Below are positions 41,101 through 55,678 of a stretch of DNA of 64,000 nucleotides, in pieces. Origin of the DNA: Auanema rhodensis (lineage: Eukaryota; Animalia; Nematoda); contig OZ059894.1 in the NCBI GenBank assembly GCA_964057225.1, positions 21,328,001-21,392,000 of the forward strand, written 5' to 3'. The notes below the pieces were generated by a model. It searched no databases. It was not told the DNA's origin and saw only the letters and a list, made by a program, of their open reading frames with translations. The position numbers and the translations under genes were made by a program. The first letter of the stretch is position 1; the number at the start of each line of letters is the position of its first letter.

Positions 41101-43395
41101 AAAATGATGCATTAGTGTATGTTGAGTTTCCATGTACACTCAACATTGCTTCCAAAAACATTTTGACAAAAATTTTTTCGAAAAATTTCAAAATAATTTA
41201 GCAAAAAGTAGATGTTTTTAGATTCCATTTTTCAAGGCAAAGACGATGGACAATGTTATTCAACGAAAAAATTAATTCTTCAGGGTGAAAATCGGGGATA
41301 TAAATGTGAACTTATATCAGTTGATATCTCGGTGCATTTTTAAGCTAGCGCGATTCTGATAACACAGATCGACGCAGCTTAAAAATCCGCATCGAATGCA
41401 CTATACTACATTGAGAAACGCTTAATACAAAAATTAGTTATGATCGTTTGAAAAATGATGCATTAGTGTATGTTGAGTTTCCATGTACACTCAACATTGC
41501 TTCCAAAAACATTTTGACAAAATTTTTTCGAAAAATTTCGAAATAATGTAGCAAAACGTAGATGTTTTTAGATTCCTTTTTTCAAGGCGAAGACGATGGA
41601 CAATGTTATTCAACGAAAAAATTGATTCTTCAGGGTGAAAATCGAGGATATAAGTGTGAACTTGTATCAGTTGATATCTCGGTGCATTTTTAAGCTAGCG
41701 CAAATCTGATAACACAGATCGACGCAGCTTAAAAATCCGCATCGAATGCACTATACTACATTGAGAAACGCTTAATACAAAAATTAGTTATGATCGTTTG
41801 AAAAATGATGCATTAGTGTATGTTGAGTTTCCATGTACACTCAACATTGCTTCCAAAAACATTTTGACAAAAATTTTTTCGAAAAATTTCAGAATAATTT
41901 AGCAAAAAGTAGATGTTTTTAGATTCCTTTTTTCAAGGCAAAGACGATGGACAATGTTATTCAACGAAAAAATTAATTCTTCAGGGTGAAAATCGAGGAT
42001 ATAAGTGTGAACTTGTATCAGTTGATATCTCGGTGCATTTTTAAGCTAGCGCAAATCTGATAACACAGATCGACGCAGCTTAAAAATCCGCATCGAATGC
42101 ACTATACTACATTGAGAAACGCTTAATACAAAAATTAGTTATAATCGTTTGAAAAATGATGCATTAGTGTATGTTGAGTTTCCATGTACACTCAACATTG
42201 CTTCCAAAAACATTTTGACAAACATTTTTTCGAAAAATTTCAAAATAATTTAGCAAAAAGTAGATGTTTTTAGATTCCTTTTTTCAAGGCAAAGACGATG
42301 GACAATGTTATTCAACGAAAAAATTAATTCTTCAGGGTGAAAATCGAGGATATAAGTGTGAACTTATATCAGTTGATATCTCGGTGCATTTTTAAGCTAG
42401 CGCAAATCTGATAACACAGATCGACGCAGCTTAAAAATCCGCATCGAATGCACTATACTACATTGAGAAACGCTTGATACAAAAATTAGTTATGATCGTT
42501 TGAAAAATGATGCATTAGTGTATGTTGAGTTTCCATGTACACTCAACATTGCTTCCAAAAACATTTTGACAAAACTTTTTTCGAAAAATTTCAAAATAAT
42601 TTAGCAAAAAGTAGATGTTTTTAGATTTCATTTTTCAAGGCAAGGACGATGGACAATGTTATTCAACGAAAAAAATAATTCTTCAGGGTGAAAATCGAGG
42701 ATATAAGTGTGAACTTATATCAGTTGATATCTCGGTGCATTTTTAAGCTAGCGCAAATCTGATAACACAGATCGACGCAGCTTAAAAATCCGCATCGAAT
42801 GCACTATACTACATTGAGAAACGCTTAATACAAAAATTAGTTATGATCGTTTGAAAAATGATGCATTAGTGTATGTTGAGTTTCCATGTACACTCAACAT
42901 TGCTTCCAAAAACATTTTGACAAAAATTTTTTCGAAAAATTTCAAAATAATTTAGCAAAAAGTAGATGTTTTTAGATTCCATTTTTCAAGGCAAAGACGA
43001 TAGACAATGTTATTCAACGAAAAAATTAATTCTTCAGGGTGAAAATCGAGGATATAAGTGTGAACTTGTATCAGTTGATATCTCGGTGCATTTTTAAGCT
43101 AGCGCAAATCTGATAACACAGATCGACGCAGCTTAAAAATCCGCATCGAATGCACTATACTACATTGAGAAACGCTTAATACAAAAATTAGTTATGATCG
43201 TTTGAAAAATGATGCATTAGTGTATGTTGAGTTTCCATGTACACTCAACATTGCTTCCAAAAACATTTAGACAAAAATTTTTTCGAAAAATTTCAAAATA
43301 ATTTAGCAAAAAGTAGATGTTTTTAGATTCCATTTTTCAAGGCAAAGACGATAGACAATGTTATTCAACGAAAAAATTAATTCTTCAGGGTGAAA

Positions 43396-46300
43396 ATCGA
43401 GGATATAAGTGTGAACTTGTATCAGTTGATATCTCGGTGCATTTTTAAGCTAGCGCAAATCTGATAACACAGATCGACGCAGCTAAAAAATCCGCATCGA
43501 ATGCACTATACTACATTGAGAAACGCTTAATACAAAAATTAGTTATGATCGTTTGAAAAATGATGCATTAGTGTATGTTGAGTTTCCATGTACACTCAAC
43601 ATTGCTTCCAAAAACATTTTGACAAAAATTTTTTCGAAAAATTTCAAAATAATTTAGCAAAAAGTAGATGTTTTTAGATTCCATTTTTCAAGGCAAAGAC
43701 GATAGACAACGTTATTCAACGAAAAAATTAATTCTTCAGGGTGAAAATCGAGGATATAAGTGTGAACTTGTATCAGTTGATATCTCGGTGCATTTTTAAG
43801 CTAGCGCAAATCTGATAACACAGATCGACGCAGCTTAAAAATCCGCATCGAATGCACTATACTACATTGAGAAACGCTTAATACAAAAATTAGTTATGAT
43901 CGTTTGAAAAATGATGCATTAGTGTATGTTGAGTTTCCATGTACACTCAACATTGCTTCCAAAAACATTTTGACAAAAATTTTTTCGAAAAATTTCAAAA
44001 TAATTTAGCAAAAAGTAGATGTTTTTAGATTCCATTTTTCAAGGCAAGGACGATGGACAATGTTATTCAACGAAAAAAATAATTCTTCAGGGTGAAAATC
44101 GAGGATATAAGTGTGAACTTGTATCAGTTGATATCTCGGTGCATTTTTAAGCTAGCGCAAATCTGATAACACAGATCGACGCAGCTTAAAAATCCGCATC
44201 GAATGCACTATACTACATTGAGAAACGCTTAATACAAAAATTAGTTATGATCGTTTGAAAAATGATGCATTAGTGTATGTTGAGTTTCCATGTACACTCA
44301 ACATTGCTTCCAAAAACATTTTGACAAAAATTTTTTCGAAAAATTTCAAAATAATTTAGCAAAAAGTAGATGTTTTTAGATTCCATTTTTCAAGGCAAAG
44401 ACGATAGACAACGTTATTCAACGAAAAAATTAATTCTTCAGGGTGAAAATCGAGGATATAAGTGTGAACTTGTATCAGTTGATATCTCGGTGCATTTTTA
44501 AGCTAGCGCAAATCTGATAACACAGATCGACGCAGCTTAAAAATCCGCATCGAATGCACTATACTACATTGAGAAACGCTTAATACAAAAATTAGTTATG
44601 ATCGTTTGAAAAATGATGCATTAGTGTATGTTGAGTTTCCATGTACACTCAACATTGCTTCCAAAAACATTTTGACAAAAATTTTTTCGAAAAATTTCAA
44701 AATAATTTAGCAAAAAGTAGATGTTTTTAGATTCCATTTTTCAAGGCAAAGACGATAGACAACGTTATTCAACGAAAAAAATAATTCTTCAGGGTGAAAA
44801 TCGAGGATATAAGTGTGAACTTATATCAGTTGATATCTCGGTGCATTTTTAAGCTAGCGCAAATCTGATAACACAGATCGACGCAGCTTAAAAATCCGCA
44901 TCGAATGCACTATACTACATTGAGAAACGCTTAATACAAAAATTAGTTATGATCGTTTGAAAAATGATGCATTAGTGTATGTTGAGTTTCCATGTACACT
45001 CAACATTGCTTCCAAAAACATTTTGACAAAAATTTTTTCGAAAAATTTCAAAATAATTTAGCAAAAAGTAGATGTTTTTAGATTCCATTTTTCAAGGCAA
45101 AGACGATAGACAATGTTATTCAACGAAAAAATTAATTCTTCAGGGTGAAAATCGAGGATATAAGTGTGAACTTGTATCAGTTGATATCTCGGTGCATTTT
45201 TAAGCTAGCGCAAATCTGATAACACAGATCGACGCAGCTTAAAAATCCGCATCGAATGCACTATACTACATTGAGAAACGCTTAATACAAAAATTAGTTA
45301 TGATCGTTTGAAAAATGATGCATTAGTGTATGTTGAGTTTCCATGTACACTCAACATTGCTTCCAAAAACATTTTGACAAAAATTTTTTCGAAAAATTTC
45401 AAAATAATTTAGCAAAAAGTAGATGTTTTTAGATTCCATTTTTCAAGGCAAAGACGATAGACAACGTTATTCAACGAAAAAATTAATTCTTCAGGGTGAA
45501 AATCGAGGATATAAGTGTGAACTTGTATCAGTTGATATCTCGGTGCATTTTTAAGCTAGCGCAAATCTGATAACACAGATCGACGCAGCTTAAAAATCCG
45601 CATCGAATGCACTATACTACATTGAGAAACGCTTAATACAAAAATTAGTTATGATCGTTTGAAAAATGATGCATTAGTGTATGTTGAGTTTCCATGTACA
45701 CTCAACATTGCTTCCAAAAACATTTTGACAAAAATTTTTTCGAAAAATTTCAAAATAATTTAGCAAAAAGTAGATGTTTTTAGATTCCATTTTTCAAGGC
45801 AAGGACGATGGACAATGTTATTCAACGAAAAAAATAATTCTTCAGGGTGAAAATCGAGGATATAAGTGTGAACTTGTATCAGTTGATATCTCGGTGCATT
45901 TTTAAGCTAGCGCAAATCTGATAACACAGATCGACGCAGCTTAAAAATCCGCATCGAATGCACTATACTACATTGAGAAACGCTTAATACAAAAATTAGT
46001 TATGATCGTTTGAAAAATGATGCATTAGTGTATGTTGAGTTTCCATGTACACTCAACATTGCTTCCAAAAACATTTTGACAAAAATTTTTTCGAAAAATT
46101 TCAAAATAATTTAGCAAAAAGTAGATGTTTTTAGATTCCATTTTTCAAGGCAAAGACGATAGACAACGTTATTCAACGAAAAAATTAATTCTTCAGGGTG
46201 AAAATCGAGGATATAAGTGTGAACTTGTATCAGTTGATATCTCGGTGCATTTTTAAGCTAGCGCAAATCTGATAACACAGATCGACGCAGCTTAAAAATC

Positions 46301-49300
46301 CGCATCGAATGCACTATACTACATTGAGAAACGCTTAATACAAAAATTAGTTATGATCGTTTGAAAAATGATGCATTAGTGTATGTTGAGTTTCCATGTA
46401 CACTCAACATTGCTTCCAAAAACATTTTGACAAAAATTTTTTCGAAAAATTTCAAAATAATTTAGCAAAAAGTAGATGTTTTTAGATTCCATTTTTCAAG
46501 GCAAAGACGATAGACAACGTTATTCAACGAAAAAAATAATTCTTCAGGGTGAAAATCGAGGATATAAGTGTGAACTTATATCAGTTGATATCTCGGTGCA
46601 TTTTTAAGCTAGCGCAAATCTGATAACACAGATCGACGCAGCTTAAAAATCCGCATCGAATGCACTATACTACATTGAGAAACGCTTAATACAAAAATTA
46701 GTTATGATCGTTTGAAAAATGATGCATTAGTGTATGTTGAGTTTCCATGTACACTCAACATTGCTTCCAAAAACATTTTGACAAAAATTTTTTCGAAAAA
46801 TTTCAAAATAATTTAGCAAAAAGTAGATGTTTTTAGATTCCATTTTTCAAGGCAAAGACGATAGACAATGTTATTCAACGAAAAAATTAATTCTTCAGGG
46901 TGAAAATCGAGGATATAAGTGTGAACTTGTATCAGTTGATATCTCGGTGCATTTTTAAGTTAGCGCAAATCTGATAACACAGATCGACGCAGCTTAAAAA
47001 TCCGCATCGAATGCACTATACTACATTGAGAAACGCTTAATACAAAAATTAGTTATGATCGTTTGAAAAATGATGCATTAGTGTATGTTGAGTTTCCATG
47101 TACACTCAACATTGCTTCCAAAAACATTTTGACAAAAATTTTTTCGAAAAATTTCAGAATAATTTAGCAAAAAGTAGATGTTTTTAGATTCCTTTTTTCA
47201 AGGCAAAGACGATGGACAATGTTATTCAACGAAAAAATTAATTCTTCAGGGTGAAAATCGAGGATATAAGTGTGAACTTATATCAGTTGATATCTCGGTG
47301 CATTTTTAAGCTAGCGCAAATCTGATAACACAGATCGACGCAGCTTAAAAATCCGCATCGAATGCACTATACTACATTGAGAAACGCTTGATACAAAAAT
47401 TAGTTATGATCGTTTGAAAAATGATGCATTAGTGTATGTTGAGTTTCCATGTACACTCAACATTGCTTCCAAAAACATTTTGACAAAAATTTTTTCGAAA
47501 AATTTCAAAATAATTTAGCAAAAAGTAGATGTTTTTAGATTCCATTTTTCAAGGCAAGGACGATGGACAATGTTATTCAACGAAAAAAATAATTCTTCAG
47601 GGTGAAAATCGAGGATATAAGTGTGAACTTGTATCAGTTGATATCTCGGTGCATTTTTAAGCTAGCGCAAATCTGATAACACAGATCGACGCAGCTTAAA
47701 AATCCGCATCGAATGCACTATACTACATTGAGAAACGCTTAATACAAAAATTAGTTATGATCGTTTGAAAAATGATGCATTAGTGTATGTTGAGTTTCCA
47801 TGTACACTCAACATTGCTTCCAAAAACATTTTGACAAAAATTTTTTCGAAAAATTTCAAAATAATTTAGCAAAAAGTAGATGTTTTTAGATTCCATTTTT
47901 CAAGGCAAAGACGATAGACAACGTTATTCAACGAAAAAATTAATTCTTCAGGGTGAAAATCGAGGATATAAGTGTGAACTTGTATCAGTTGATATCTCGG
48001 TGCATTTTTAAGCTAGCGCAAATCTGATAACACAGATCGACGCAGCTTAAAAATCCGCATCGAATGCACTATACTACATTGAGAAACGCTTAATACAAAA
48101 ATTAGTTATGATCGTTTGAAAAATGATGCATTAGTGTATGTTGAGTTTCCATGTACACTCAACATTGCTTCCAAAAACATTTTGACAAAAATTTTTTCGA
48201 AAAATTTCAAAATAATTTAGCAAAAAGTAGATGTTTTTAGATTCCATTTTTCAAGGCAAAGACGATAGACAACGTTATTCAACGAAAAAAATAATTCTTC
48301 AGGGTGAAAATCGAGGATATAAGTGTGAACTTATATCAGTTGATATCTCGGTGCATTTTTAAGCTAGCGCAAATCTGATAACACAGATCGACGCAGCTTA
48401 AAAATCCGCATCGAATGCACTATACTACATTGAGAAACGCTTAATACAAAAATTAGTTATGATCGTTTGAAAAATGATGCATTAGTGTATGTTGAGTTTC
48501 CATGTACACTCAACATTGCTTCCAAAAACATTTTGACAAAAATTTTTTCGAAAAATTTCAAAATAATTTAGCAAAAAGTAGATGTTTTTAGATTCCATTT
48601 TTCAAGGCAAAGACGATAGACAATGTTATTCAACGAAAAAATTAATTCTTCAGGGTGAAAATCGAGGATATAAGTGTGAACTTGTATCAGTTGATATCTC
48701 GGTGCATTTTTAAGTTAGCGCAAATCTGATAACACAGATCGACGCAGCTTAAAAATCCGCATCGAATGCACTATACTACATTGAGAAACGCTTAATACAA
48801 AAATTAGTTATGATCGTTTGAAAAATGATGCATTAGTGTATGTTGAGTTTCCATGTACACTCAACATTGCTTCCAAAAACATTTTGACAAAAATTTTTTC
48901 GAAAAATTTCAGAATAATTTAGCAAAAAGTAGATGTTTTTAGATTCCTTTTTTCAAGGCAAAGACGATGGACAATGTTATTCAACGAAAAAATTAATTCT
49001 TCAGGGTGAAAATCGAGGATATAAGTGTGAACTTATATCAGTTGATATCTCGGTGCATTTTTAAGCTAGCGCAAATCTGATAACACAGATCGACGCAGCT
49101 TAAAAATCCGCATCGAATGCACTATACTACATTGAGAAACGCTTGATACAAAAATTAGTTATGATCGTTTGAAAAATGATGCATTAGTGTATGTTGAGTT
49201 TCCATGTACACTCAACATTGCTTCCAAAAACATTTTGACAAAAATTTTTTCGAAAAATTTCAAAATAATTTAGCAAAAAGTAGATGTTTTTAGATTCCAT

Positions 49301-50415
49301 TTTTCAAGGCAAGGACGATGGACAATGTTATTCAACGAAAAAAATAATTCTTCAGGGTGAAAATCGAGGATATAAGTGTGAACTTGTATCAGTTGATATC
49401 TCGGTGCATTTTTAAGCTAGCGCAAATCTGATAACACAGATCGACGCAGCTTAAAAATCCGCATCGAATGCACTATACTACATTGAGAAACGCTTAATAC
49501 AAAAATTAGTTATGATCGTTTGAAAAATGATGCATTAGTGTATGTTGAGTTTCCATGTACACTCAACATTGCTTCCAAAAACATTTTGACAAAAATTTTT
49601 TCGAAAAATTTCAAAATAATTTAGCAAAAAGTAGATGTTTTTAGATTCCATTTTTCAAGGCAAAGACGATAGACAACGTTATTCAACGAAAAAATTAATT
49701 CTTCAGGGTGAAAATCGAGGATATAAGTGTGAACTTGTATCAGTTGATATCTCGGTGCATTTTTAAGCTAGCGCAAATCTGATAACACAGATCGACGCAG
49801 CTTAAAAATCCGCATCGAATGCACTATACTACATTGAGAAACGCTTAATACAAAAATTAGTTATGATCGTTTGAAAAATGATGCATTAGTGTATGTTGAG
49901 TTTCCATGTACACTCAACATTGCTTCCAAAAACATTTTGACAAAAATTTTTTCGAAAAATTTCAAAATAATTTAGCAAAAAGTAGATGTTTTTAGATTCC
50001 ATTTTTCAAGGCAAAGACGATAGACAACGTTATTCAACGAAAAAAATAATTCTTCAGGGTGAAAATCGAGGATATAAGTGTGAACTTATATCAGTTGATA
50101 TCTCGGTGCATTTTTAAGCTAGCGCAAATCTGATAACACAGATCGACGCAGCTTAAAAATCCGCATCGAATGCACTATACTACATTGAGAAACGCTTAAT
50201 ACAAAAATTAGTTATGATCGTTTGAAAAATGATGCATTAGTGTATGTTGAGTTTCCATGTACACTCAACATTGCTTCCAAAAACATTTTGACAAAAATTT
50301 TTTCGAAAAATTTCAAAATAATTTAGCAAAAAGTAGATGTTTTTAGATTCCATTTTTCAAGGCAAGGACGATGGACAATGTTATTCAACGAAAAAAATAA
50401 TTCTTCAGGGTGAAA
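43396..50415. repeat. Local 5-monomer (1755-bp) higher-order repeat, ~4 imperfect copies
   Basis: Rare combination ACAACGTTATTCAACGAAAAAAATA recurs near 44760, 46515, 48270 and 50025 (1755-bp spacing). AAGTTAGC + CAGAAT monomers start at 46906 and 48661. Confidence 0.85.
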
Positions 50416-51468
50416 ATCGAGGATATAAGTGTGAACTTATATCAGTTGATATCTCGGTGCATTTTTAAGCTAGCGCAAATCTGATAACACAGATCGACGC
50501 AGCTTAAAAATCCGCATCGAATGCACTATACTACATTGAGAAACGCTTAATACAAAAATTAGTTATGATCGTTTGAAAAATGATGCATTAGTGTATGTTG
50601 AGTTTCCATGTACACTCAACATTGCTTCCAAAAACATTTTGACAAAAATTTTTTCGAAAAATTTCAAAATAATTTAGCAAAAAGTAGATGTTTTTAGATT
50701 CCATTTTTCAAGGCAAAGACGATAGACAATGTTATTCAACGAAAAAATTAATTCTTCAGGGTGAAAATCGAGGATATAAGTGTGAACTTGTATCAGTTGA
50801 TATCTCGGTGCATTTTTAAGCTAGCGCAAATCTGATAACACAGATCGACGCAGCTTAAAAATCCGCATCGAATGCACTATACTACATTGAGAAACGCTTA
50901 ATACAAAAATTAGTTATGATCGTTTGAAAAATGATGCATTAGTGTATGTTGAGTTTCCATGTACACTCAACATTGCTTCCAAAAACATTTTGACAAAAAT
51001 TTTTTCGAAAAATTTCAGAATAATTTAGCAAAAAGTAGATGTTTTTAGATTCCTTTTTTCAAGGCAAAGACGATGGACAATGTTATTCAACGAAAAAATT
51101 AATTCTTCAGGGTGAAAATCGAGGATATAAGTGTGAACTTATATCAGTTGATATCTCGGTGCATTTTTAAGCTAGCGCAAATCTGATAACACAGATCGAC
51201 GCAGCTTAAAAATCCGCATCGAATGCACTATACTACATTGAGAAACGCTTAATACAAAAATTAGTTATGATCGTTTGAAAAATGATGCATTAGTGTATGT
51301 TGAGTTTCCATGTACACTCAACATTGCTTCCAAAAACATTTTGACAAAAATTTTTTCGAAAAATTTCAAAATAATTTAGCAAAAAGTAGATGTTTTTAGA
51401 TTCCATTTTTCAAGGCAAAGACGATAGACAACGTTATTCAACGAAAAAAATAATTCTTCAGGGTGAAA

Positions 51469-54400
51469 ATCGAGGATATAAGTGTGAACTTATATCAGTT
51501 GATATCTCGGTGCATTTTTAAGCTAGCGCAAATCTGATAACACAGATCGACGCAGCTTAAAAATCCGCATCGAATGCACTATACTACATTGAGAAACGCT
51601 TAATACAAAAATTAGTTATGATCGTTTGAAAAATGATGCATTAGTGTATGTTGAGTTTCCATGTACACTCAACATTGCTTCCAAAAACATTTTGACAAAA
51701 ATTTTTTCGAAAAATTTCAGAATAATTTAGCAAAAAGTAGATGTTTTTAGATTCCATTTTTCAAGGCAAAGACGATAGACAATGTTATTCAACGAAAAAA
51801 TTAATTCTTCAGGGTGAAAATCGAGGATATAAGTGTGAACTTGTATCAGTTGATATCTCGGTGCATTTTTAAGTTAGCGCAAATCTGATAACACAGATCG
51901 ACGCAGCTTAAAAATCCGCATCGAATGCACTATACTACATTGAGAAACGCTTAATACAAAAATTAGTTATGATCGTTTGAAAAATGATGCATTAGTGTAT
52001 GTTGAGTTTCCATGTACACTCAACATTGCTTCCAAAAACATTTTGACAAAAATTTTTTCGAAAAATTTCAGAATAATTTAGCAAAAAGTAGATGTTTTTA
52101 GATTCCTTTTTTCAAGGCAAAGACGATGGACAATGTTATTCAACGAAAAAATTAATTCTTCAGGGTGAAAATCGAGGATATAAGTGTGAACTTATATCAG
52201 TTGATATCTCGGTGCATTTTTAAGCTAGCGCAAATCTGATAACACAGATCGACGCAGCTTAAAAATCCGCATCGAATGCACTATACTACATTGAGAAACG
52301 CTTGATACAAAAATTAGTTATGATCGTTTGAAAAATGATGCATTAGTGTATGTTGAGTTTCCATGTACACTCAACATTGCTTCCAAAAACTTTTGACAAA
52401 AATTTTTTCGAAAAATTTCAGAATAATTTAGCAAAAAGTAGATGTTTTTAGATTCCTTTTTTCAAGACAAAGACGATGGACAATGTTATTCAACGAAAAA
52501 ATTAATTCTTCAGGGTGAAAATCGAGGATATAAGTGTGAACTTATATCAGTTGATATCTCGGTGCATTTTTAAGCTAGCGCAAATCTGATAACACAGATC
52601 GACGCAGCTTAAAAATCCGCATCGAATGCACTATACTACATTGAGAAACGCTTAATACAAAAATTAGTTATGATCGTTTGAAAAATGATGCATTAGTGTA
52701 TGTTGAGTTTCCATGTACACTCAACATTGCTTCCAAAAACATTTTGACAAAAATTTTTTCGAAAAATTTCAAAATAATTTAGCAAAAAGTAGATGTTTTT
52801 AGATTCCATTTTTCAAGGCAAAGACGATAGACAATGTTATTCAACGAAAAAATTAATTCTTCAGGGTGAAAATCGAGGATATAAGTGTGAACTTGTATCA
52901 GTTGATATCTCGGTGCATTTTTAAGCTAGCGCAAATCTGATTACACAGATCGACGCAGCTTAAAAATCCGCATCGAATGCACTATACTACATTGAGAAAC
53001 GCTTAATACAAAAATTAGTTATGATCGTTTGAAAAATGATGCATTAGTGTATGTTGAGTTTCCATGTACACTCAACATTGCTTCCAAAAACATTTTGACA
53101 AAAATTTTTTCGAAAAATTTCAAAATAATTTAGCAAAAAGTAGATGTTTTTAGATTTCATTTTTCAAGGCAAAGACGATAGACAACGTTATTCAACGAAA
53201 AAATTAATTCTTCAGGGTGAAAATCGAGGATATAAGTGTGAACTGGTATCAGTTGATATCTCGGTGCATTTTTAAGCTAGCGCAAATCTGATAACACAGA
53301 TCGACGCAGCTTGAAAATCCGCATCGAATGCACTATACTACATTGAGAAACGCTTAATACAAAAATTAGTTATGATCGTTTGAAAAATGATGCATTAGTG
53401 TATGTTGAGTTTCCATGTACACTCAACATTGCTTCCAAAAACATTTTGACAAAAATTTTTTCGAAAAATTTCAAAATAATTTAGCAAAAAGTAGATGTTT
53501 TTAGATTCCATTTTTCAAGGCAAAGACGATAGACAACGTTATTCAACGAAAAAAATAATTCTTCAGGGTGAAAATCGAGGATATAAGTGTGAACTTATAT
53601 CAGTTGATATCTCGGTGCATTTTTAAGCTAGCGCAAATCTGATAACACAGATCGACGCAGCTTAAAAATCCGCATCGAATGCACTATACTACATTGAGAA
53701 ACGCTTAATACAAAAATTAGTTATGATCGTTTGAAAAATGATGCATTAGTGTATGTTGAGTTTCCATGTACACTCAACATTGCTTCCAAAAACATTTTGA
53801 CAAAAATTTTTTCGAAAAATTTCAGAATAATTTAGCAAAAAGTAGATGTTTTTAGATTCCATTTTTCAAGGCAAAGACGATAGACAATGTTATTCAACGA
53901 AAAAATTAATTCTTCAGGGTGAAAATCGAGGATATAAGTGTGAACTTGTATCAGTTGATATCTCGGTGCATTTTTAAGTTAGCGCAAATCTGATAACACA
54001 GATCGACGCAGCTTAAAAATCCGCATCGAATGCACTATACTACATTGAGAAACGCTTAATACAAAAATTAGTTATGATCGTTTGAAAAATGATGCATTAG
54101 TGTATGTTGAGTTTCCATGTACACTCAACATTGCTTCCAAAAACATTTTGACAAAAATTTTTTCGAAAAATTTCAGAATAATTTAGCAAAAAGTAGATGT
54201 TTTTAGATTCCTTTTTTCAAGGCAAAGACGATGGACAATGTTATTCAACGAAAAAATTAATTCTTCAGGGTGAAAATCGAGGATATAAGTGTGAACTTAT
54301 ATCAGTTGATATCTCGGTGCATTTTTAAGCTAGCGCAAATCTGATAACACAGATCGACGCAGCTTAAAAATCCGCATCGAATGCACTATACTACATTGAG

Positions 54401-55678
54401 AAACGCTTGATACAAAAATTAGTTATGATCGTTTGAAAAATGATGCATTAGTGTATGTTGAGTTTCCATGTACACTCAACATTGCTTCCAAAAACTTTTG
54501 ACAAAAATTTTTTCGAAAAATTTCAGAATAATTTAGCAAAAAGTAGATGTTTTTAGATTCCTTTTTTCAAGACAAAGACGATGGACAATGTTATTCAACG
54601 AAAAAATTAATTCTTCAGGGTGAAAATCGAGGATATAAGTGTGAACTTATATCAGTTGATATCTCGGTGCATTTTTAAGCTAGCGCAAATCTGATAACAC
54701 AGATCGACGCAGCTTAAAAATCCGCATCGAATGCACTATACTACATTGAGAAACGCTTAATACAAAAATTAGTTATGATCGTTTGAAAAATGATGCATTA
54801 GTGTATGTTGAGTTTCCATGTACACTCAACATTGCTTCCAAAAACATTTTGACAAAAATTTTTTCGAAAAATTTCAAAATAATTTAGCAAAAAGTAGATG
54901 TTTTTAGATTCCATTTTTCAAGGCAAAGACGATAGACAATGTTATTCAACGAAAAAATTAATTCTTCAGGGTGAAAATCGAGGATATAAGTGTGAACTTG
55001 TATCAGTTGATATCTCGGTGCATTTTTAAGCTAGCGCAAATCTGATTACACAGATCGACGCAGCTTAAAAATCCGCATCGAATGCACTATACTACATTGA
55101 GAAACGCTTAATACAAAAATTAGTTATGATCGTTTGAAAAATGATGCATTAGTGTATGTTGAGTTTCCATGTACACTCAACATTGCTTCCAAAAACATTT
55201 TGACAAAAATTTTTTCGAAAAATTTCAAAATAATTTAGCAAAAAGTAGATGTTTTTAGATTTCATTTTTCAAGGCAAAGACGATAGACAACGTTATTCAA
55301 CGAAAAAATTAATTCTTCAGGGTGAAAATCGAGGATATAAGTGTGAACTGGTATCAGTTGATATCTCGGTGCATTTTTAAGCTAGCGCAAATCTGATAAC
55401 ACAGATCGACGCAGCTTGAAAATCCGCATCGAATGCACTATACTACATTGAGAAACGCTTAATACAAAAATTAGTTATGATCGTTTGAAAAATGATGCAT
55501 TAGTGTATGTTGAGTTTCCATGTACACTCAACATTGCTTCCAAAAACATTTTGACAAAAATTTTTTCGAAAAATTTCAAAATAATTTAGCAAAAAGTAGA
55601 TGTTTTTAGATTCCATTTTTCAAGGCAAGGACGATGGACAATGTTATTCAACGAAAAAAATAATTCTTCAGGGTGAAA
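51469..55678. repeat. Tandem duplication of a 6-monomer block (2105-bp period)
   Basis: Private markers AAAAACTTTTG (1-bp deletion), CAAGACAAAG, CTGATTAC, AACTGGTA and CTTGAAAATCC each occur twice in this region, 2105 bp apart (e.g. monomer starts 52171/54276, 53223/55328). Confidence 0.92.

Larger units (their letters stand above)
31591..42342. repeat. Array sub-domain C (monomers 91-121), most heterogeneous
   Basis: Private alleles GGGGATATAAAT, GCGATTC, GGCGAAG, ATTGATT and CGAAATAATGTAGCAAAACG; contains 350-bp and 326-bp monomers. Confidence 0.75.
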